Of a stretch of 64,000 bases of DNA, positions 1 to 11,215 are shown one piece after another (the first letter of the stretch is position 1; each line of letters opens with the position of its first letter). Below the pieces are notes generated by a model. That model saw nothing but the letters and a program-made list of their open reading frames with translations, made no database searches and was not told the DNA's origin. The position numbers were made by a program, and so were the translations under genes. This DNA comes from Felis catus (taxonomy: Eukaryota), in assembly GCF_018350175.1 (NCBI RefSeq), contig NC_058368.1:94676001-94740000 (forward strand). Reading direction: 5' to 3'.

Positions 1-467
1 TCTTTAGGATAAATTACTTTTGACAGCAGTTGGAAGAACATATTTAAGGGACGTTTAGGTCTGTCACAAGACGTTACTGAATTTTCTTCTTTAGCACTGG
101 TAACCTTCTTTTCTTTTCCTGGAGCATTGGAACTTAAATCAGAAATGAATACTAAGTAAACTTTCAGGCAAAAAGCTGGATCCAGTTCTGTTGCTTTTAT
201 AGTGACTTTGGACTCATCACTTAACAGCTATGTACCTCTTTAGAGATAATGCCAATTTTAGGGATACTAGAATATACGCACTATCTTGAATATTTAAAGG
301 AAACTAGCAAGTATCAAAGAATATGGACCATCAGAATATTTTGGAGGAATGGCCTCCAAGGAGGCCTATACGGAGTAAAAGCCTATAAATTTGTCAGTGT
401 TTTCTGTTAGTACCTCATTGGTAAGAAATCTTAATGCGGTAGACTCTGTTTTGAATTTGTGGCTCTT

Positions 468-686
468 GGGGCGCCTGGATGGCGCAGTCGGTTAAGCGAC
501 TGGCTTCAACTCAGGTCATGATCTCATGGTTCGTGAGTTCAGGCCCCACATTGGGCTTTGTGCTGACAGCTCAGAGCCTGGAGCCTGTTTCAGATTTTGT
601 GTCTCCCTCTGTCTGTCCCTCCCCCACTCACACTTAGTTTCTCTCTGTCTCTCAGAAAAAAATACACATTAACTTTTTTTTTTTTT
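468..686 (+). mobile_element. CanSINE (felid SINEC)
   Basis: GGGGCGCCTGG head, A/B boxes, CT-rich region, tail; TSD aatttgtggctct at 454-466 and 687-699. Confidence 0.95.
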
Positions 687-1291
687 AATTTGTGGCTCTA
701 TAGTTGGTATCTTTTAAAAATTACTGGATATTTAATTATAATCTAGTTGGCATGTAGCCTTGAACTGAGCGTATGGGGTAATGATAGTGTACCTTTACGC
801 ACTGATTTGTCAAATAAATTATTGGTAGACCAGGTGTGGTAGTGGTATTTGTTTGAACTTAGGCTTTGGTTTGTTATTTTCTGTTAGGATTGCAAAATCT
901 TAACTTTTATCACTGGAGTTGGGCTAACCATTTGGGCTTATTGTGTTAGCTGTTTGAATCAACTAGAAAAAGCCACTAAGAATCTACCTTGATATTTGAC
1001 TATACAAAAAGCTGTATGCTTAAGGGAAACCCTATCCCTTTACTTACAACACATGAGAGAGCATAACTTTGAATGTTTGATGAATGGCAGGAGCTAGGAC
1101 TATATCTGCTCAATTTTAAAATAAAAGTAAAGAAGTTAGAAGTAGGTAAGAGTATAGTATAGAAGATAAAAATTAGGGAAATTATCAGCATTCCAGTTTC
1201 ACATTTGTGATGAAGATCTCAGAAGTTAAATGGAGTGTCTTTAAATTTTGAATTTCTAGCCAGAGAAAAGTCATTTTTTATGAATATTTCT

Positions 1292-1510
1292 TTAAAAAAA
1301 TTTTTTAAAAATGTTTTTATTTATTATTGAAAGGGAGAAAGAGCATGAGTGGGGGAGGAGCAGAGAGAGAGGGAGACACAGAATTTGAAGCAGGCTCCAG
1401 GCTCTAACCTGTTAGCACAGAGCCTGACACGGGGCTCGAACTCACAGACTGTGAGATCATGACCTGAGCCGAAGTCGGTTGCTTAACCGACTGAGCCACC
1501 CAGGCGCCCC
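1292..1510 (-). mobile_element. CanSINE
   Basis: Ends ...gagccacccaggcgcccc; TSD-like atgaata(t/c)ttcttta on both sides. Confidence 0.95.
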
Positions 1511-1715
1511 ATGAATACTTCTTTACAAAAAAATAGCCACTGACTTGGTTCTTAAATATTTAGACTAAGTCCTGTGGAAATTTCATCTGAAATGGTTTTA
1601 GCAGCATGCAGTATTCATAATTATAAAATCAGCATGCTGTTTGGATCTTCTAAAACTGGTTCAGGAAATTTACTTAGTACTTACTGGTTCAGGAAATGTG
1701 TAAGCGACCTTGAGA

Positions 1716-1850
1716 TTTTTTTTTCTTTTAAATTTTTATTTTAATTCTAATTAGTTAACATACATTGTTACATTGGTTTCAGATGTACAGTATAGTGATG
1801 CCACATACATCACCCTGTGCTCATCGTGACTAGTGCGCTCCTTAATCCCC
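1716..1850 (-). mobile_element. Short carnivore L1 3'-end fragment
   Basis: Poly-T followed by ttagttaacatac...gtttcagatgtacagtatagtgat...gtgctcatc...ccttaatcccc, resembling carnivore L1 3' UTR. Confidence 0.75.
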
Positions 1851-1854
1851 AGGA

Positions 1855-2092
1855 TTTTTTTTTATGTTTCGTTTTTTTTATAATTTTTTTTAATGTTTAT
1901 TTATTTTGAGAGAGAGAGAGTGAGAGAGACAGATTGTAAGTGGGGGAGGGACAGAGAGGGAGACACAGAATCCGAAGCAGGCTCCAGGCACCCAGCTGGC
2001 AGCACAGAGCCCAGTGTGGGGCTCCAACTCACTAACTGTGAGATCATGACCTGAGCCAAAGTCAGACGCTTAACCGAGCCACCCAGCTGCCT
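1855..2092 (-). mobile_element. CanSINE
   Basis: SINEC body with (GA)n and T-rich tail on +. Confidence 0.93.
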
Positions 2093-2198
2093 CTGGAGCT
2101 TTTTCTTTTCTTTCTTTCTTTCTTTCTTTTTTTTTTTTTTAACAATACCATTCACAGTGGTGTCCTGTCAAGCAAGGAAGCTTCAGTGAAACTGAAGC

Positions 2199-2404
2199 AA
2201 AAAAATTTTTTCGATGTTTGTTAGTTTTTGAGAGAAAGACAGCATGAGTGGGGGAGAGGCAGAGAGGGAGACACAGAATCCAAAACAGGCCGCAGCCTTG
2301 AGCTGTCAGCACAGAGCCTGACGTGGGGCTCGAACTCATGAACCGCGAGATCATGACCTGAGCTGAAGATGGCACTTAACCAACTGAACCATTCAGGCAC
2401 CCCT
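2199..2404 (-). mobile_element. CanSINE
   Basis: SINEC body; flanking ctgaagc repeat. Confidence 0.93.
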
Positions 2405-2719
2405 GAAGCTAATTTAAAATTACTTAAGATTGGCGCTTGGTCAAGAGAAACTGTTTCACCTACCATTTCCCTCAATTGAAAATAACATAAGCAGAGAAGT
2501 AGATTTAAAAAAAAAATATTATGGGTGAGTTTGTTTTCATTAAAGCCAGGAAAGTAAACTTATAACAAATTCCATTGTTGATATAAACAAAATATTTACA
2601 TCTAAAATGTTAGGAGTCTCAGCTTTTCAGTTAATGTTCTGGAAAAATATTAACCATTAAAATATACATTCAAATAATGTGAATGGAACACACAATTTTT
2701 TGCCTCAGGTTCCAAGCAC

Positions 2720-2878
2720 TTTATCAAATAACGAATAGAACTTTACAGTAGTATACCACTGTTTCTCCTCTCCTAGCCTCTTGCTGCTGCTGCCATGCAT
2801 TTTTCTTACATATGTTTTAAACCTCACACTATATGACGGTATTTGTTTAAACAGATCAATTGTCTTTTAAATAAATTT
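2720..2878 (-). mobile_element. Ancient L1M fragment
   Basis: gaactttacagtagtatacc...catatgttttaaacctcac...ttaaacagatcaattgtcttttaa resembles old L1M inter-ORF sequence. Confidence 0.5.
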
Positions 2879-2976
2879 AATTAAAGATCCAAGTCAGTTG
2901 CCCTAAGGGAGATTTTCAGGATGGGCCTGACCCGTCTGACTCATTATTTTTATTTATTTTTTAAAAATACGTTTTA

Positions 2977-3169
2977 GGGACGCCTGGGTGGCTCATTCGG
3001 TTAAGCATCTGACTTCGGCTCGGGTCATGATTTCACTGTTGGTGGGCTTGAGCCCCGCATCAGTCTCTGTGCTGACAGCTCAGAGCCTGGAGCCTGCTTC
3101 GGATTCTGTGTCTCCCCCTCTCTCTGCCCCTCCCCCACTCGTGCTCTGCCTCTCACTCTTGCTCTCCCT

Positions 3170-3230
<61 letters not shown>
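2977..3230 (+). mobile_element. CanSINE lacking its A tail
   Basis: Head gggacgcctgggtggctc and long (CT)n, joined directly to an opposite-strand SINE. Confidence 0.93.
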
Positions 3231-3236
<6 letters not shown>

Positions 3237-3398
3237 TGTGAGCAGGGGAGGGACAGACAGAGAGGGAAAGAGGATCCCCAGAAAAGGACTCAGTACTGCC
3301 AGCACAGAGCCTGATGCAGGGCTCGAACTCAGGAACCGTGAGGTCATGACCTGAGCTAAAGTCGGACGTTCAGCCGACTGAGCCACCCAGGTGGCCCC
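3231..3398 (-). mobile_element. CanSINE lacking its tail
   Basis: Ends gagccacccaggtggcccc; no poly-T at the left end. Confidence 0.9.
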
Positions 3399-3427
3399 AG
3401 GTATACTGTTTAAAAGCACAAAGTTTT

Positions 3428-3575
3428 GGGGCGCCTGGGTTGAGCGTCCGACTTTGGCTCAGGTCATGATCTCACGGTTCGTGAGTTTGAACCCCACATT
3501 GGGCTCTGTGCTGACAGCTTGGAGCCGGGAGCCTGCTTCGATTTCTGTGTCTCCCTCTCTCTCTGCCCCTCCCTC

Positions 3576-3627
<52 letters not shown>

Positions 3628-3658
3628 AAAAATAAATATTTAAAACATTAAAAAAAAA
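3428..3658 (+). mobile_element. CanSINE
   Basis: SINEC body, (CT)n, A tail; TSD-like caaagtttt. Confidence 0.93.
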
Positions 3659-4569
3659 CGCAAAGTTTTCACTGGCTAGTAGAAGAGGAAGTCAGGAAGC
3701 TTCACAGCAAGAGACTCCACGTGTTGCCAGTTTGAAGATGGAGAAATTAGTGAGACAGAATGAGGGCAGGCCCTGGGAGAAGAGAGTGTTCTCTGGTTGA
3801 TGGCAAGGAAGTGGAGAACACAGACCATTAGCTGCAGGAACTAGATTCTGATTCTGGCTGCATCAATCTGAGTAAGCTTGGAAGCAGTTGCTTCCCCAGA
3901 ACCACCAGATAGGAGCCCAGTGTGAGTGACACCTGATTACATACCCTCGTGAGAAACACAGAGGAGACGCCGGCCAAGCCTGACTGAAATTCTTACCTAC
4001 GGAAATGTGAGCTACTCATTGGACGTTGCTTTAAACCACTAAGTTTCTGGTAGATAACAGTAAAAAACCAATATACCTTTGTAAGACCTTTTAGCAGTCT
4101 GAACGTTTCTAGGAGGCTCTGTTAGATCTTTCTGAAGTCTTCACATAGGACCTTCCAGTCCCACTCTAGATTTGGTCTTTGCCTGGAAGCTGTTTCCTTC
4201 TTTGAGAATCATCTTACCAGCTGGAGGTGCTTGTTACCTCAGGGTTGTATTGTTAAATCCCACATGTCCCTGCCCCTCCAGAGTTAATGGTGTATTCTTT
4301 AGCTCCTCTCTTTTTCTTTTCATATGTCATCATCATAGACAGTGAGAAGAAGCCCAGTGGGCACATTCAGTCATTGACTTCATTAGGAACATGTCCTATT
4401 TTCAAGTGTTCTGCCAACAACAGTATTTCTAAACTTCCTTCCAAAATAAAACCAGCATCCTTTGACAGGTCTTTTAGGCTTCCGCTAACACTCTCTTCAC
4501 TCCCTTCTAGGCTTTAATATTCTTCACCTGGTTTCAATGCCAGTAGCAGCTAAATTCCACACACTAGTA

Positions 4570-5022
4570 GCCTAAGGCAGAAGTGCATGGCCTTTTTATG
4601 ACCCAGCCCCAGAAGTCCCATAGCATAATTTTTTATTTTATTTTATTTTATTTTTTTTAACATTTATTCATTTTTGAGAGACAGCATAAGCAGGGGAGGG
4701 GCAGAGAGGGAGACACAGAATCTGAAGCAGGCTCCAGGCTTGGAGCTGTCAGCACAGATCCTGACGCAGGGCTGGAACCCACCAACCGTGACATCATGAC
4801 CTGAGCCTAAGTCAGACGCTTAACTGACTGAGGCACCCAGGCTCTCCCTCCCCCCATAGGATAATTTCTATGTGACTATTGGTTGAAGCAATCACAAAGG
4901 TCTGCCAAGTTCAAGGAGGAGGGGTATTGACCCCACCTATCTATGGGACAAGTCTTAAAGTCATATTGTAAGAGAAGGATAAGAGATATTGTGTCTATAT
5001 TTGGAGAATTAAATTGACCACA
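4570..5022 (-). mobile_element. MaLR LTR fragment (older MLT1), with nested SINE
   Basis: gcagaagtgcatggcctttttatgacccagccccagaagtcccatagcat...attggttgaagcaatcacaaagg...ttgaccaca. Confidence 0.65.
4630..4848 (-). mobile_element. CanSINE
   Basis: SINEC body; TSD-like cccatag(c/g)ataattt. Confidence 0.93.
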
Positions 5023-5244
5023 GATCTCAAAATGTTAGCTTGTATTTTAAAATTGCATATTGTCTGCTTTGTAATGCTCTTCAAAAATAAAACGGTACTA
5101 ATCTTCTAGCCCATTTCACAATTACAGATTCATCGGAAAATGAGTTTTATTTATAATAGTGTTACAGCATATCCCGTACTAACATCAGCCAACTGGTACA
5201 TTCTGAAAATTTAATTAAAGGTATTAAGTGCCAGTTCAAGCAGA

Positions 5245-5447
5245 TTTTTTTTGTTTTTTCTTGTTTAATGAGTTTATATTTTTTATTTGAGAGAGAGAGA
5301 GAGGGAGAATGACTGGGGGCAGGGGTGGGGGGATAGGAGGGATATAGAGAGAGAGATAGTGGAGCTTGATCTCACCACCAAGAGACCATGACCTGAGTCG
5401 ATAATCAAGAATCAGATGCTCAACCGCCTGAGCCACCGAGGTGCCCC
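5245..5447 (-). mobile_element. Older diverged CanSINE
   Basis: gaccatgacctgagtcgataatcaagaatcagatgctcaaccgcctgagccaccgaggtgcccc. Confidence 0.85.
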
Positions 5448-6499
5448 AGTCTTTGTTTGTTTTTTAAAGAAAAGTATTCTCTGAAGTCAATCTGTCTGTA
5501 ACTCTTTTATACTTGGGTTACAGATTTCAGAAATTATTTAGCAGTAGAATATGAATTGGGCAGATATGAGTTAATGTGTGTTTTTTCAGTATGTTTTTGT
5601 GTATATTTGTTTTATAGTGGTTAAGAGAAAGTTCTAATTGAAGGTAGGTAGTTTAGTATATTGTTGTGTACCATACATGTCTCTTATCACACAGGTCAAG
5701 TTGATACACAACTGGGATACGGTTTTGAAGCCTTGAGTGGGGTCTTACCTTGTGGGGTCTGCCATCTCTGGTCTTTGCCTGGCACAAAGGTCTTGTGTTT
5801 TCAGCTGTCAGGGCACAAGGAGGGAATTCTACTCAAGTGTTCCTCCTCAAGTAAAATTTCACACGGAACTTCTGTAGAGCAACTAGATAAATGACGGAAG
5901 AAGCCATTTTTTATCTATCAGGACTTTCTGAATTGCTATAGAACAGAGATCTCAATAAAGTATTATTGAAAGCAAATGGTGCTTCTGATGAGACACAGTG
6001 ATGGTTCCCCTCGTAATACGGTACCTGCTAGATTTTATCATGATGGAGCAAACACCAGGAATCCTTTCTACCCCTTTATTCTTAAGCAGGCTGACAGAAT
6101 ATATCACTGTTGCTTTGATTACATGTATCAAATAAAATCTCAGCAAAGCATCTCATTTTAGGAAATGGCTCTGTTCTGTGGTGCTCGCCAACCTAGACAT
6201 GTTCTTAGTTCTCTTACTACCTGAGTCTGACCTGTAGCATCGCTTATTCACATCTCTTACACATGCCAAATTATATGTATACAGAAAAATGCATAAAACA
6301 TAGATGTCCAGTTATTCACAAGGGTCACATCTGTGTAACTACCACCCAGATCAAGGTCTAAAATAGTGCCAGCATGCCAGAAGTCTTGGCTTCTTCCAAA
6401 TAAATTCCCCCCATGCAAATCTACCTTCTATGATACTATTTCTTGTTTTTCTTTATGCTTTTATCCCCTAATCATGTATCTCTAAACACTGCAGTTTAT

Positions 6500-6723
6500 G
6501 GGGCGCCTGGGTGGCACAGTCGGTTAAGCGTCCAACTTCAGCCAGGTCACGATCTCGCAGTCCGTGAGTTCGAGCCCCGCGTCAGGCTCTGGGCTGATGG
6601 CTCAGAGCCTGGAGCCTGTTTCTGATTCTGTGTCTCCCTCTCTCTCTGCCCCTCCCCCGTTCATGCTCTGTCTCTCTCTGTCCCAAAAATAAATAAACGT
6701 TGAAAAAAAAATAAAAAAAAAAA
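6500..6723 (+). mobile_element. Young felid SINE
   Basis: CpG-rich, diagnostic cttcagccaggtcacg / gggctgatgg / gtcccaaaa; 16-bp TSD taaacactgcagttta at 6483-6498 and 6724-6739. Confidence 0.97.
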
Positions 6724-6937
6724 TAAACACTGCAGTTTAGCTTTGATGGCTTCATTTTTGACCTTATCTAACGCAAATTATATTGACTATGCTCTTTTGT
6801 TTCTGGATTCTTCAGTGTTACGTTTGTGGTATTCATCCATGTAATATACAGCTGTAGTTTGTTCATTTGCTGTGTTGTATGGTGTTTTATGATATGAGTC
6901 AACCATGTTTTACTTAGGCATTTGGGTTGTTTCTGTG

Positions 6938-7168
6938 TTTTTTTTTTTTTTAATTTAAACTTAAAAAAAATAAGTTTATTTATTTTGAGGGAGACAGTGA
7001 GCACAAGTAGAGGAGGGGCAGAGAGAGAACGTGAGAGAGAATCCCAAGCAGGCTCCACACTGTCAGCGCAGAGCCTAACGCGGGGTTCGGACACATGAAC
7101 TGTGACATCATGACCTGAGCGGATATCAAGGGTCGGAGGCTTAACTGACTGAGCCACCCAGGTGCCCC
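6938..7168 (-). mobile_element. CanSINE
   Basis: SINEC body; TSD-like ggttgtttc. Confidence 0.93.
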
Positions 7169-7309
7169 TGGTTGTTTCCAGTTTTTAACTAATATATATA
7201 CTGCTGCTGTCGGCATTCTTGTATGTGTGCCTTCTGTTACATGTGATCACCCATTTCTGTTTGGGTAGATGCCTGTGAGTGGAATTGCTGGGTTTATGAT
7301 AAGCCCAAA

Positions 7310-7930
7310 GCCATACTTTAAGTTCTTTCGGAGACATGCCTCTTCCTAGTAGACTTACTTTGGGGGCATTCGCCTGCTGTGAGGCAACTCCTTTAAGCCT
7401 AGAAAGCTTAGCTGAGAGGGTCTGGTAGACCCCTCCATAATTCTTTTAGGTTAACAAAGGGTTTTATGTCTGGTCCCTTGATTTGGATCTACAGCCCTTG
7501 ATGGTATTGTATTTGGTGAATGTTAGCCAGCTGAGAGACTGGAGATGAGAAGCCGTCTTATTTTCCAGCCCAGCAAGGCTTGGCCCCTCTTTACGCCTCC
7601 TGAATTTTCCTTATAAAGCGATCACTTTTTTCTTTAGGTTGTGTCTTTCTTGCCATCATTAGCGTATCTTGCATGGCCAGGGACAATGAGCCGACTTTGA
7701 ACATTTGCCTAGATCTCTGGCAAATCCAGATGTCCATCGAGTAACTTCTTCATCTTCTGGGTATTCTCGGTGACACGATTTTGCCACTTGTTTTGTTACT
7801 ACAGGCACAGGCTCCTAAAATTTACAGCCTCCAGTGCAAAATGTGTTCCCTTTTCCAGCTTTTGCTAACAGTTTGCTCTCCATTTTTCAAGGCTTATTAG
7901 GCCACTGTTCGGTTCCAAAGCCAGTATTAC
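7310..7930. mobile_element. Probable MaLR internal (MLT1-int) remnant
   Basis: Adjacent to an MLT1 LTR; resembles recalled MaLR internal sequence (ccataattcttttagg..., ttttccagcccagcaag, cttttccagcttttgctaaca). Confidence 0.5.
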
Positions 7931-7984
7931 ATACATAATACACATATATAATCATATATATCATCATGACTGTAGTTCACTTTG

Positions 7985-8460
7985 GGTACCGTTAGCTCTT
8001 GCTGTATCACAAACCACTTCAAGATTCAGTGGTTGAAAACACTCACCGTTTATTATTGGTCACGAGTGTGCGAGTGGGCGGGGTAGTTTGCTCTCTGGGC
8101 TTGCCTGAGCCCAGTTGGTATCGCTGATGTGCCGGTAGTTGGCTGGGGGCGGGCGAGTTTTGGATGGATTTACTTGCCGCGGTGACTGGGGTGCTCGGGC
8201 TTCAGGTCTTTCATCACTGAGCAGCTTAGCCCGGGCTTGTTCACCAGGTTCAGAGGGAAACACGAAACGACACCAGGCTTCCTGAGGCCTCAGCGCGGAA
8301 CGTGCACACTGTTGTTTTCGTCACATTCTGTTGGCCGGAGTAAGTCACAAAGTAGGGAAATCGATTCTAATTAGTTCTCGGAGGTGCTGCAGAATCACAT
8401 TTCAGAGTAATGTCTTGTAGCAAAGGGTGAAGAATTGGGGTCGTTCTTACAATCTGCTCA
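7985..8460 (-). mobile_element. MaLR LTR (MLT1I/J/K-like)
   Basis: gttagctcttgctgtatcacaaaccac...cagtggttgaaaac...cacattctgttggcc...agtcacaa...gaagaattgggg. Confidence 0.75.
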
Positions 8461-8469
8461 AGGATGTGT

Positions 8470-8710
8470 GTGTTTAATTTGGAAGTAGTTGCACGGAATA
8501 CACTCACACGGGCAGTGTGTAAGAACGTGTGATTGTTTGACATCGTTCCCAGAACTTGGCAGTAAGTCTTTTTAGTTTGTAGCCTTTTTGGTGAATGTGG
8601 TTTTTACTATCATGGTTTTAATATTTATTTTGTAAATTGCTGATAAGATGGATTGCCTTTACCACCCTCCCTGCTTTTTTTTAATTGGTCATTTGAATGT
8701 CTGCTTCTCT
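8470..8710 (-). mobile_element. Ancient L1 fragment (likely continuation of 6265-7300)
   Basis: cactcacacgggcagtgtgtaag...gtagcctttttggtgaatgtg...catggttttta resembles L1 ORF2 3' antisense. Confidence 0.55.
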
Positions 8711-9063
8711 TAAGGAGGAAGGGAGGAGTGCCCCCAGAGAATGTGTTTACATCCCTGGGCCGCCCCAGGATCCTGAACTATAAATCGTCCCTTGGTTGTT
8801 GGCTCTCTAGTGCCTTCAAGGAAATGTTTTTTTAATTTTTGCTTTCAATTTTTTTTTGTCAAGTTTTTCTACTTAATCCTTAGGGGGAGAGCTGGGCTTG
8901 GTCTCCCATTCCTGGAAGTAGATAATTCATTCCTGTCTTTGTAGTTTGGCTTTCATGAATCTGGCAGATTTGGGCATGTGCGTCTAAAGCTTTAAGGATT
9001 AATCTACATCATGGAAAAACCTTTGTAAATGAAGTGTCATTTGCCTTGCAAACAATTATTATT

Positions 9064-9080
9064 CCCCCCCCCCCCCCCCC
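9064..9080. repeat. C17 mononucleotide run
   Basis: 17 consecutive C. Confidence 0.95.
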
Positions 9081-9254
9081 AGGTCTGACTAATTTGTTGG
9101 CAAACAGTTTTGTCGTGCTTTGACATGGAACAGGTGCTAACATCTTTTGCAGTCTTGTCGCCGGGAATAGAGGTCACCATGTTCATTAATTAAGTCCAGG
9201 AAATTTTATTTTCTCCTGTGGCTAATCATTTATATTTGACAAGAATCTGTCATC

Positions 9255-9868
9255 TGTGCTTCTAGTCTCCCTGCTTCTACCTTTGTTCTCTGTAGCTTAT
9301 TTTTCACACAGCAGTCGTAATTTTCAAACATAGTTTAGATTATGTCATTTCTCTGCTCACTGTACGCTTTGTCCTTCCCCTTATAACTGAGATTAAAACC
9401 CAAAGGCCTTAGCATTGCCTGTAAGGTCCTCCATGAGATAATTTCATGCTGTCTGTTTAACTTCATCTCTTACCTTTTTCCCTCCCTGTCTTCTAACCTG
9501 TTTTTCCCAGAGCACTTCAAACATGCTTCTGCCTCAGGGCCTTTGCACTCTCTGTATCCTCTTCTAGAATGCTTCTTCCCTTGACAGCCACATGGATTGC
9601 TGTTTCCCTTCTGTTAGGTCTTTGCTGAAATATCTTCCAGAGAGAAGCCTTCCTTGAACACTTTATATATAGTTACTCTTTGTTCCTCTTACTCTACTTT
9701 TCTTCATGGAACTGTCATCCCCTAACATACTATTACTTAGTATGTTTATTTGTGTATTTGCTGTTCGCCTATCCTAGAAAGTAAACTTCCTGAGAGCAGG
9801 AACATGCCTAAAACAGTGCCTGGCACGTGAGCTCTTCAGTTATTACTGTATTTTTAAAGAATGAATGT
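9255..9868 (+). mobile_element. L2 LINE 3' portion
   Basis: gattatgtcatttctctgctc, cctcagggcctttgcact, aacagtgcctggcac and gaatgaatg tail. Confidence 0.85.
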
Positions 9869-10101
9869 GTGGCTATTGCAGTATTTTTATTTCACACTTA
9901 CATACTGTTCTAAAAGGCTGAGCTCGATAGTTAAGTTGAACAACAGTAAAACCAATAGAGACCTTTCTGACCTAGTAGAAGAGCAGCTTTGAGCCCTGAG
10001 CACATCTGGCCATGGTGATAATGTTAGCTGTCTCTTCATGCAGTGACAGGGATGACAAGGGCATTCATTGCCTTTCTGATTTTATAAACTAATAAGCCCT
10101 A

Positions 10102-10325
10102 GGGGCGCCTGGATGGCTCAGTTGGTTGAGCGTCTGACTTCGACTCAGGTCATAATCTCACGGTCCGTGTATTTGAGCCCTGCGTTGGCCTCTGTGCTGA
10201 CAGCTCAAAGCCTGGATCCTGCTTCAGATTCTGTGTCTCCCTCTCTCTCTGCTCCTCCCCAACTTGTGCTCTGTCTCTCTCTTTCTCTCTGTGTCTGTCT
10301 CAAAAATAAGCATTAAAATATTAAA
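10102..10325 (+). mobile_element. CanSINE
   Basis: Full SINEC; TSD-like aaactaataa(g/a)ccc. Confidence 0.95.
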
Positions 10326-10491
10326 AAAACTAATAAACCCCGAGTTAAGAATTGGTTATAAAGTGAAATACTTTTTCTACATCTTAATCTGTAGGAGAAT
10401 TTAAAATCAATATAATTATTTTAATTAAGCATGTATTACTAAGGAAGCTGGCTATGTTGACAAATATTTTGTTGAATAAAATATATCTATT

Positions 10492-10689
10492 TTATTCTAT
10501 TTAAGTTTGTTTATTTACCTAGAGAGAGAAAGAGAGAGCAGGAGGGGCGGAGAGAGGGAGAGAGAAAGAATCCCGAGCAGACTCAGCAATGCAGAACCCG
10601 ACCCAGGCTCGAACTCACGAACTGTGAGATCATGACCTGAGCCGAAATCAAGAGTCCGACGCTTAACCGACTGAGCCACCCAGGAGCCC
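10492..10689 (-). mobile_element. CanSINE
   Basis: SINEC body; TSD-like taaaatat(a/g)tctatttta. Confidence 0.92.
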
Positions 10690-11034
10690 TTAAAATATGT
10701 CTATTTTAATGGCAAATAGGGAACTCAGATTTGGCCTTTTAACATTTTGTTAATAAATGGATTTGTGTATGGACTTAAAAAGTTTAATAAATTTAAAATT
10801 TTAAAATAGTGATTTCAACTGTGATTTCAAAGTCATCAGGGGATAGTTTTCTAGCTTTGTGCCTATACCTACCTTCTCTTGTCCTTCCGCCAATGAAAAA
10901 TCTTTCAGGAGAGTCACACAAGTATTTGTTGTGTTCTTTGTTAGATACACTTGTTTGAGTACCACTGGTCTAAGCTAAGACTGTGATAATCATTGCTGGA
11001 ATAAGGCTAAGTCTGCGTCACATGGACAACAGTG

Positions 11035-11215
11035 CCCACGTACTGGGTGTTTAGTATGTCCCAGTGCTTCAAATTTATTATTTAATTTACTCTTCTCACT
11101 AGTTCTGTCAAACATAGACTATTATCTCTATTCTAGAAACGAAGAAACAAAGCAAAATCATACAGCTAGTAAATAACTGAGTTGAGATCTGAATACAGGT
11201 CTGCCTCACTCTAAT
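11035..11215 (-). mobile_element. MIR
   Basis: attatctctattctagaaacgaagaaac...tcatacagctagtaaataactgagttgagatctgaatacaggtctg. Confidence 0.7.

Larger units (their letters stand above)
2879..4075 (+). mobile_element. MaLR LTR (MLT1E-like), interrupted by three SINEs
   Basis: taattaaag...cagttg...gggagattttcaggatgggcctgacc start and ttgctttaaaccactaagtttctggta...aaccaatata end, typical of MLT1. Confidence 0.7.
6265..7300 (-). mobile_element. Ancient L1 (L1MC/L1ME-like) 3' region with two nested SINEs
   Basis: tgtgtaactaccacccagatcaag...attcatccatgt...catttgggttgtttc...gagtggaattgctgggt, typical old L1 antisense sequence. Confidence 0.75.
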
